DNA of 15,372 nucleotides from PVC group bacterium (GTDB lineage: Bacteria; GCA-001730085; JADFSZ01), in NCBI GenBank assembly GCA_022560555.1, contig JADFSZ010000018.1, positions 1 to 15,372 of the forward strand, read 5' to 3'. This document shows, piece by piece, positions 6,470 to 12,964 of the stretch. The position numbers and the translations under genes were made by a program. Under the pieces are notes generated by a model. That model saw only the letters and a list, made by a program, of their open reading frames with translations. It did not search any database and had not been told where the DNA came from. Each line of letters opens with the position of its first letter. Within the stretch, counting starts at the first letter, position 1.

Positions 6470-7606
6470 TCAGGCGAGAATGTTTAATATGGCGCGCGCA
6501 GCCTTACGTGCGGCACCATCCGAGACGAGACGTTCTTTGACTTTCATCAGTTTATGAACAATTTCCTTTTCCCTTTCTGGATTTTCAATGATGGCTTCTA
6601 CGTGTTTTTGGATAAAATAAGGCTTAGCCTGTGATTGCAGACATTCGGGAGCCACTTCTTCGCCAGCGACAATATTCACCATTCCTAAAAACGGAACGTC
6701 CACGACAAGGCGGCCTAAACACCATGTGGCCCAAGAAATCTTATACAAAATCACCATGGGCTTCAAAAAGCATGCGGCTTCCAAGGTCACGGTTCCGGCC
6801 GCAACAAGAACAAGCCGAGAAAGGGCAATAGACGTGTAAGCTCCTGATTCAACAATTGTTAGAGGAATTTTAGTATGAGCCGTTAGATCTCGGATAATCT
6901 GAGGACACGCTCCATCCGCAAGTCCCAAAATAAAATGCAGACTTTTATTTTTTTTGTACAAATTCTCGGCTGTTGTGAGCATAATCGGCAGGTGAGTTTG
7001 GATCTCGTTGGGACGGCTTCCGGGCAAAAGACCAATGACGGTTTTTTCCCTGAGCTCATGATAGGGCTGGATAAGTGCAAGGACATCTTTTTCACCGGGC
7101 AGAGCTTCCAAAATCGGATGTCCGACATAAAGAACGTTGACCCCTGCTTCTTTATACATTGTTTCTTCGAATTTAAACAAAACCAACATGAGGTCAACCA
7201 AGGCTTTTATTTTCCATATACGCCCCTTTCCCCAAGCCCAAATTTGCGGACTGACAAAATACACAATTTTCACGCCTAATTTTTTAGCTAGAGCAGCGAG
7301 TTTAAGATTAAAACCGGGAAAATCGATAAATACAATCACATCCGGCTTTTCTTTTTTAATCCAGTCAAGCGTTTGAAAAAGAATCCGACGAAATATCGAA
7401 TAACTTTTTACGACTTCAATCAAGCCAACAACGGCATGCTTGAGCATATCTTCCAGAAGAGGCACACCTTCATTGGCGAGCTTTGGACCGCCCAGCGCAT
7501 AAAGCTCTACATCCGGATTGATCTTTTTGATCGCACCGGCTAGAATGCCTCCATGCAAATCACCGGAAGCTTCTCCGGCAACGATTAATATTTTTTGACT
7601 TGGCAA
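6470..7606 (-). CDS. lpxB: Lipid-A-disaccharide synthase
   Basis: The translation carries the LpxB N-terminal signature KILIVAGEASGDLHGG, and similarity continues along the whole length (PGFNLKLA..., LLPGSR..EI). The ORF track starts at GTG 7687, which would overlap the upstream gene by 103 nt. The only other start codon in that stretch is TTG 7606..7604, with GGAG 6 nt upstream (AGAGGAGATTATTTG). That start gives about 378 aa and a 22-nt overlap. Confidence 0.9.
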   Translation of the reverse strand: MPSQKILIVAGEASGDLHGGILAGAIKKINPDVELYALGGPKLANEGVPLLEDMLKHAVVGLIEVVKSYSIFRRILFQTLDWIKKEKPDVIVFIDFPGFNLKLAALAKKLGVKIVYFVSPQIWAWGKGRIWKIKALVDLMLVLFKFEETMYKEAGVNVLYVGHPILEALPGEKDVLALIQPYHELREKTVIGLLPGSRPNEIQTHLPIMLTTAENLYKKNKSLHFILGLADGACPQIIRDLTAHTKIPLTIVESGAYTSIALSRLVLVAAGTVTLEAACFLKPMVILYKISWATWCLGRLVVDVPFLGMVNIVAGEEVAPECLQSQAKPYFIQKHVEAIIENPEREKEIVHKLMKVKERLVSDGAARKAARAILNILA

Positions 7607-8607
7607 ATAATCTCCTCTGCAATAGCCAAGGCTTCCCGCCCGGCCAACCCTGAAACAAGGGGTTCCAACCCATCCTGAATGGAACACACGAAGGAATTTA
7701 ATTCATCCTGCAAGGGTTCATTTTTCCGAATGTTTAATTTCTTACGATGAATAAGGTCTAAAATCGTGCGGGGGTTTGTTTTTTGAGGATATTTCTTGGA
7801 ATATGTCACAGCTTCCTGCTTCATATAGTCAATGGAAACATATTTCTCTTCGTCAAAAACACGAATTTTTCTCATCGACTGCAATGTCAATCGGCTTGCA
7901 GTGAGATTGACAATGCATTTATTTTCAAAAATTAATTTCGCGTTTGCGATATCATTTTTCTGAGACAAGACGGGTGTTCCGTACGCAGAAATTTCTTTGA
8001 TTTTCGATTTAACTAAACACAGCACGATATCAATATCATGAATCATCAAATCTAACACAACATCAATATCCGTGCTTCGAAAACTGTAGCTTCCCAGTCT
8101 ATGGACCTCAATAAAACGGGGGTTTTTTAGAATCTTTTCCACTGCCGTCACAGCCGCGTTAAATCTCTCCACATGTCCCACTTGTAAAATTACCTGATGC
8201 TTCTTGGCTAAATCCAGAAGCTGATCGGCTTCACTAACATTTGTCGTGATGGGTTTCTCAATGAGAACATGACATTGGGCTTCAATGGCCGATGATCCAA
8301 CGGATAAATGACTGCCTGTCGGTGTCACCACACTGACGGCATCAACATCAGCCAATAAATCATCGAGGTGTTCATAGGGTCGAGTTTTACATATTCTTGC
8401 GATTTTTTTCGCGCGCCTCAAATCAATATCCATGACCCCAAGCAACTCAATATTTTTCATACGGCTGTAGATGCGCGCGTGCCGCTCACCTAAAAATCCG
8501 ACACCGACGACGCCGATACGTATCGGTGAATGAATTTGTTTGTTTGATACGATTGTCACTTTATGATGATCTTTTATGCGCGATCTTTGAGACCTGAGGC
8601 AATACAA
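7585..8607 (-). CDS. Gfo/Idh/MocA-family NAD(P)-dependent oxidoreductase; GnnA-like by position between lpxA and lpxB
   Basis: It has a Rossmann motif (IRIGVVGVGFLGERHA), an EKP motif (VLIEKPI) and GHVERFN. The start is uncertain. TTG 8607 from the ORF track overlaps the upstream gene by 34 nt. GTG 8559 is in frame and gives a more typical short N-terminus but has no clear SD sequence. Confidence 0.8.
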   Translation of the reverse strand: MYCLRSQRSRIKDHHKVTIVSNKQIHSPIRIGVVGVGFLGERHARIYSRMKNIELLGVMDIDLRRAKKIARICKTRPYEHLDDLLADVDAVSVVTPTGSHLSVGSSAIEAQCHVLIEKPITTNVSEADQLLDLAKKHQVILQVGHVERFNAAVTAVEKILKNPRFIEVHRLGSYSFRSTDIDVVLDLMIHDIDIVLCLVKSKIKEISAYGTPVLSQKNDIANAKLIFENKCIVNLTASRLTLQSMRKIRVFDEEKYVSIDYMKQEAVTYSKKYPQKTNPRTILDLIHRKKLNIRKNEPLQDELNSFVCSIQDGLEPLVSGLAGREALAIAEEIICQVKKY

Positions 8608-9371
8608 AGTCCCCGTTCGGATTTCTCCAGAAAATCCAGAAGAAGATTCCGATGTTCGTTGGGCGGTTCTTTGGATAACTTCTCGATCGCTTGTGATTTA
8701 TTCAGTTCTGACTTAAAAAGAATCTTAAAATCTTTCTTAATGTCTTCAATCCGCTCCGGGGAAAAATCCCCTCGACGAAGAGCAACAAGATTGACCGCGG
8801 AAACAGCACAGGGGCGCCCCCCGGCCAACATAAAGGGAGGAATATCTTTATTCACGGCTGAATGACCCGAAAGTATCACAAAAGCACCGATGCGAACAAA
8901 CTGATGCACAGCCACCATTCCGGAAATAAAGGCATGCTCTCCCACATCAACATATCCGGCCAATAAAACACCATTCGCCAAAATAACATGATTTCCTATT
9001 TGACAATTATGTGCGACATGAGAAGCACCCATCAAAAAACAATTGTTGCCAATGTGTGTCGATGAGCCTTCCTTGGTTCCTTTATGAATCGTAACATATT
9101 CACGAATTTCATTGCTGTCCCCGATATGAACGTAACTATGAATGTCTGAATGAAAGGCTAAATCTTGCGGTTCATGGCCGATGACAGCCCCCATATGAAT
9201 CCGATTGTTTTTCCCGATTCTCGTTCCGCGGGCAATAAAACTGCCCGCCATCACAACGGTACCTGCGTCAATATCCACATCGTCTTCAATCACAACATGG
9301 GGCCCCACCTGGACATCATGATGGATGCGTGCGCCGGTGTCAACGATGGCAGTCGGATGAATCTTAGTCAT
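8574..9371 (-). CDS. Second LpxA-family acyl-ACP:UDP-sugar acyltransferase paralog (left-handed beta-helix plus LpxA-type C-terminal helical domain)
   Basis: The start ATG 9371 has AGGAG 9 nt upstream and overlaps the lpxI stop by 8 nt. Hexapeptide repeats run throughout. LpxA-type motifs are present: IREYVTIHKGT, the catalytic-His region LMGASHVAHNCQIGN, VAVHQFVRIG, and a C-terminal KILFKS...SERGLC. The UDP-GlcNAc-contacting motif is QDLAF rather than the QDLKY seen in the neighbouring paralog and in E. coli LpxA. Confidence 0.8.
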   Translation of the reverse strand: MTKIHPTAIVDTGARIHHDVQVGPHVVIEDDVDIDAGTVVMAGSFIARGTRIGKNNRIHMGAVIGHEPQDLAFHSDIHSYVHIGDSNEIREYVTIHKGTKEGSSTHIGNNCFLMGASHVAHNCQIGNHVILANGVLLAGYVDVGEHAFISGMVAVHQFVRIGAFVILSGHSAVNKDIPPFMLAGGRPCAVSAVNLVALRRGDFSPERIEDIKKDFKILFKSELNKSQAIEKLSKEPPNEHRNLLLDFLEKSERGLCIASGLKDRA

Positions 9372-10185
9372 GTGAAGCGACTCCTAGGACGCAAACATTC
9401 CTTTGATCGGCTTTATTCACAAACTTTTTTTTATTCATGATGAGGGTTTTGCCCGCTTCAACCGCTAGAACACAAGCCTTAACTTGACTCATCACCTCAA
9501 GGGTTTCAACTCCTACGACAGGAACATCAAAACGCATATCCTGATGAGGCTTGCTCACCTTTACAACAACCACTCCGTCTCCGCCCAAAAGGGCTCCCCT
9601 CTTAATCGCCGCGTCTGTTCCCTCAATAGCTTCCACAGCCATCACAGCCTTATTCTTAACAATAATGGTTTGTCCGATATCCAACGCGGCTGATTTTTTG
9701 GCCATATCAAAACCAAACAGAATATCCTCCTGTTCCCTGTCCGTCGGGACACGCTTAGTCATAACCCCAACCGGGGCCAGAAACGATTCCATAAAAGTTG
9801 TCGATGCAATGAGTTTAACCCCGGCGTCTTCAAAACGCTCAGCCACCGCCAGAAGCAAGGAATCATCACGTCGATCCAACACATTCGTCCAGATATTTTT
9901 TAACGGCATTTGTTTCATAAGGGCCGGTGCGTTTTTAATCAAATGGGCTTTATGTATTTTCCCTGCCATCACAGCCTCCGTGATATGATGATCATGAAGA
10001 AGCTCAATGAGTCTCTCAACTTCGTGAATCTCCAGCCAATGCACCGTTTTGACAATGTCTTCAATACGCGATTCTGTTTCTCCGATGATCGCAAACGCGA
10101 CAACCGAGATATTCGCTTTTTGGGCCTGCTCGGCTAAAAGAAGGGGAAATTCTCCGTGTCCGGCAATGAGACCCAATGTGCTCAT
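9364..10185 (-). CDS. lpxI: UDP-2,3-diacylglucosamine diphosphatase LpxI (DUF1009 family)
   Basis: LGLIAGHGEFPLLLAEQA at the N-terminus, and LDIGQTIIVKNKAVMAVEAIEGTDAAIKRG plus FDVPVVGVETL, match the Caulobacter LpxI pattern as I recall it. The ORF track start is TTG 10191. I prefer ATG 10185..10183, which forms an ATGA overlap with the lpxA stop and has GGGGGA 8 nt upstream. Confidence 0.88.
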   Translation of the reverse strand: MSTLGLIAGHGEFPLLLAEQAQKANISVVAFAIIGETESRIEDIVKTVHWLEIHEVERLIELLHDHHITEAVMAGKIHKAHLIKNAPALMKQMPLKNIWTNVLDRRDDSLLLAVAERFEDAGVKLIASTTFMESFLAPVGVMTKRVPTDREQEDILFGFDMAKKSAALDIGQTIIVKNKAVMAVEAIEGTDAAIKRGALLGGDGVVVVKVSKPHQDMRFDVPVVGVETLEVMSQVKACVLAVEAGKTLIMNKKKFVNKADQRNVCVLGVASHD

Positions 10186-10955
10186 CGACAAATCCCCCGG
10201 CTGGATTTTTCGATAAAGCGGACCACATCCATCACTTCTACGGTATCCTGATACTGATCCTTAAGCTTCGAGAGGGCTTGAGAAAGGGGAAGTTGTGATC
10301 GGAATAATATTTTAAACGCTTTTTTCAAGAGTGCTTGGAGTTCAAGAGAAAAATTCTTTCTATTGAGACCTATAGAATTGAGGCCGTATAATTTCGCGGG
10401 ATGTCCGTCGGCTCTTGCGTAAGGAATAACATCTTGAACAACTTTCGAACATCCTCCGACAATCGCTTGTTTTCCGATACGCACAAATTGATGAAGGGCG
10501 GACAATCCTCCGACAACCGCGCCGTTTTCGATCTCAACATGGCCGGCCAGCGTGGCTCCGTTCGCCAGGATGGAGTGGTTATAGATAACACTGTTATGCC
10601 CGACATGAACATAGGCCATAAGTAGATTATCATTGCCGATAATTGTTTCAGAGTTTTCCTCCGTCCCGAGATTAATGGTGACATATTCCCGAATACGGTT
10701 TCTGTCCCCGATCTTGACAAAAGAAGTTTTTCCGGCATATTTGAGATCCTGCGTAATACTTCCGATAATCACCCCGGTAAACAACACACACTCGCGTCCG
10801 AGGGAGGCCCCGCTTTCAATCACACAGCTTGATCCGATACACGTATGGTCCCCAATAACCGCGTTCGCCTTTACAATAGAATACGGACCTATCGAGACGT
10901 CCTCACCAAGAATGGCACGCGGATCAACAATCGCCGTTTTGTGAATCTGAGCCAT
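10182..10955 (-). CDS. lpxA: Acyl-ACP:UDP-N-acetylglucosamine O-acyltransferase
   Basis: It is collinear with E. coli LpxA over its full length: HKTAIVDPRA, ITQDLKYAGK, VKIGDRNRIREYVTI, NLLMAYVHVGHN, ILANGATLAGHV, LHQFVRIG, VVQDVIPY, FKILFRS and SSRGICR. Confidence 0.93.
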   Translation of the reverse strand: MAQIHKTAIVDPRAILGEDVSIGPYSIVKANAVIGDHTCIGSSCVIESGASLGRECVLFTGVIIGSITQDLKYAGKTSFVKIGDRNRIREYVTINLGTEENSETIIGNDNLLMAYVHVGHNSVIYNHSILANGATLAGHVEIENGAVVGGLSALHQFVRIGKQAIVGGCSKVVQDVIPYARADGHPAKLYGLNSIGLNRKNFSLELQALLKKAFKILFRSQLPLSQALSKLKDQYQDTVEVMDVVRFIEKSSRGICR

Positions 10956-10980
10956 ATCGTTCCTTTATATTTATCCTTAC

Positions 10981-11020
10981 TCAAAAGAAAGAGGATATCC
11001 TTATTGATTTGGATATCCGC
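10981..11020 (-). terminator. Hairpin formed by two copies of the palindromic octamer GGATATCC, followed by a U-rich tract; candidate attenuator or partial terminator between lpxC-fabZ and lpxA
   Basis: GGATATCC occurs at 10993..11000 and 11011..11018. The minus strand reads GCGGATATCC-AAATCAATAA-GGATATCC-TCTTTCTTTTGA, an 8-bp stem with a 10-nt loop and a T-rich tail. It sits in a 100-nt gap within an otherwise tightly packed operon. Confidence 0.35.
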
Positions 11021-11055
11021 TTGAAGAATTTGGGGGCCTATAAAACTTCGGGTGA

Positions 11056-12366
11056 TCACGGGCTCACGATGGAAAATGACAGATCGGCCTCGGCAACCAC
11101 GGCTCCGTCCACTGTCGCAATGCCCGAAAATTTACAATATTTACTGCGTTTCTTTTTTAAGCGCACTTCCATCAAAAGTTGATCTCCGGGGAAAACCGGT
11201 TTGCGCCATTTGACTTTTTCCATTCCCATAAAGTACGCAATTTTCCCAATATTCTCTTCGGCTCTGAGCATCAGCACCCCCGCCAGTTGCGCCATGGCTT
11301 CGACGATAAGCACTCCCGGCATCACGGGATGCCCCGGAAAGTGTCCCTGAAAAAACTGATCATTGATGGTGACGTTTTTAATGCCGAGAGCCCGTGTTTG
11401 ACCTTCCATATCCAGAATACGGTCAATGAGTAAAAAGGGATACCGATGCGGCAAAATTTTCTGAATATCATTAATATCCAACTCATGACCGTGCACATCA
11501 GAATCGTGAACAAGGATACCGGATCCAAAATTCCGCGATTCCATCTTTCTTAATTTTTCGACAAGTTTGACATTGCACGCGTGCCCCGATTTAATCGACA
11601 AAATATGCGCTTTGATGGGAGATCCGAGAAGCGTTAAATCCCCTATGAGATCAAGAATTTTGTGCCGGACAAACTCGTCGGGAAATCTCATGTTTTCATT
11701 TAATATTTTATCATCGCCGAGCACAACGGCATTGTCCAATGTCCCTCCTTTGATGAGCCCTTGGCTCCTCAGTTTCTCCACCTCGCTCAAAAAACAAAAT
11801 GTTCTCGCGGGGGCAATCTCATTTTCAAACGATTTTTCATTGATGACAAGAGAATGATATTGAGCTCCTAAAGCCGGATGCTGGTAATCAATGGTAAATG
11901 ATATTCTGAGTTCATTCGCGGGCATGACCACAATGTGCATATCATTAAGCGAACAATGCACGATTTGCCGGACCTGGAAAAAGCGTTTCGCTTTATCCTG
12001 GACCGTACAACCGGCGCTTTTCAACACTTTGACTATGGGTTCGGCCGACCCGTCCATGACAGGAGTTTCATTGGAATTTAATTCGATTTGAATGTTATCA
12101 ATCCCAAGGCCCGTAATCGCGGCTAACATATGCTCTACAGTGTGAATTTTGACATCTTTCTCGCCAATGGTTGTCCCGCGGGAGACATCCCGCACAAGGG
12201 AGACATCCGCCGGAAGCTCGGGCTTCCCCGGAAGATCCACACGAATAAAGCGTATACCGTAATCCATCGGTGCCGGCTTAAAAGTCACGGCCACTTCATT
12301 ACCCGTATGCAGTCCTATACCGGCATAGTTGGCTTCTTCGGCTATTGTTTTTTGGGCTTCTGACAC
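11056..12366 (-). CDS. lpxC/fabZ: Bifunctional UDP-3-O-acyl-N-acetylglucosamine deacetylase (LpxC) / 3-hydroxyacyl-ACP dehydratase (FabZ) fusion
   Basis: The start is GTG 12366, with AAGGA upstream. The N-terminal half matches LpxC (AGIGLHTGNEVAVTFKPAP, TVEHMLAA, ETPVMDGSA, HKILDLIGDL). The C-terminal third matches FabZ (ILPHRYPFLLIDRI, FFQGHFPGHPVMPGVLIVEAMAQ). Confidence 0.93.
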   Translation of the reverse strand: MSEAQKTIAEEANYAGIGLHTGNEVAVTFKPAPMDYGIRFIRVDLPGKPELPADVSLVRDVSRGTTIGEKDVKIHTVEHMLAAITGLGIDNIQIELNSNETPVMDGSAEPIVKVLKSAGCTVQDKAKRFFQVRQIVHCSLNDMHIVVMPANELRISFTIDYQHPALGAQYHSLVINEKSFENEIAPARTFCFLSEVEKLRSQGLIKGGTLDNAVVLGDDKILNENMRFPDEFVRHKILDLIGDLTLLGSPIKAHILSIKSGHACNVKLVEKLRKMESRNFGSGILVHDSDVHGHELDINDIQKILPHRYPFLLIDRILDMEGQTRALGIKNVTINDQFFQGHFPGHPVMPGVLIVEAMAQLAGVLMLRAEENIGKIAYFMGMEKVKWRKPVFPGDQLLMEVRLKKKRSKYCKFSGIATVDGAVVAEADLSFSIVSP

Positions 12367-12389
12367 CAGAGAGGGTCCTTAACGATCGT

Positions 12390-12914
12390 TCAATTATTAA
12401 CTTTTAATTTTTTCAAAACCTTTTCGGTGATATCAAATCTAGGCACGCTAAACAAAACGATTTTGTCATTTTGCTCCAGGATGAGATCGTATTTTTCTTC
12501 CTCACCAACCGCTTGTACCGCTTCAAGAATTCGATCAATGATTTCTTTCTTGATTTTATTTTCCATGGATTTTATGCTTTGATTCACTTCAATAACAAAA
12601 TCCTGAAGAGCTTTAACTTTCGCATCAATAATTTCTTCGCGCTTTTCTTTTTCTTCTTTAGATAAAATGATTTCTTGTTTATCCAGCTCCTCGGTTAAGG
12701 TCGTAATCTCGGTCTTTTTCCGGTCAATAACTTCCTGCTGTTTTTCAACCTCTCCTTTCAAAACTTTCGAGGATTTTTCCACATCTTCAAATTCCGCAAA
12801 AATTTGGCGCAGATTCACCATTCCTATATTAAGGGCCTCTTCGGCCTGAAGGTGTCCCGGAAGACTCCAAATGCACAAAACCATTATACCAATAACCCAA
12901 GTGCTTTTTTTCAT
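12390..12914 (-). CDS. skp: Periplasmic chaperone Skp/OmpH family
   Basis: It has a signal peptide (MKKSTWVIGIMVLCIWSLPGHLQA). The remainder is a roughly 150-aa K/E-rich coiled-coil body with the typical IGMVNLRQIF start. It occupies the canonical position between bamA and the lpx genes. AGAGGG lies 9 nt upstream of ATG 12914. Confidence 0.85.
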   Translation of the reverse strand: MKKSTWVIGIMVLCIWSLPGHLQAEEALNIGMVNLRQIFAEFEDVEKSSKVLKGEVEKQQEVIDRKKTEITTLTEELDKQEIILSKEEKEKREEIIDAKVKALQDFVIEVNQSIKSMENKIKKEIIDRILEAVQAVGEEEKYDLILEQNDKIVLFSVPRFDITEKVLKKLKVNN

Positions 12915-12964
12915 TTAAACAACCCTCTTTTCATAAGTTTTTGATTTTTCGAAACACACTGAAT

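Noticed and set aside
7607-7687. N-terminal extension of lpxB from GTG 7687
   Set aside because: It would overlap the oxidoreductase C-terminus by 103 nt, and its sequence (MFHSGWVGTPCFRVGRAGSLGYCRGDY) is unlike LpxB N-termini. TTG 7606 with GGAG places the conserved KILIVAGEASGD a few residues from the start.
9551-9988. A 145-aa + strand ORF antisense to lpxI
   Set aside because: lpxI on the minus strand has strong family motifs. The antisense product is low-complexity and has no independent support.
10370-10738. A 122-aa minus-strand ORF nested out of frame inside lpxA. Similar nested ORFs occur at 6883..7197, 4949..5143, 11322..11528, 13105..13353 and 15058..15240.
   Set aside because: All lie in alternative frames of genes with strong homology-type motifs. 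None has a recognisable domain or a convincing SD.
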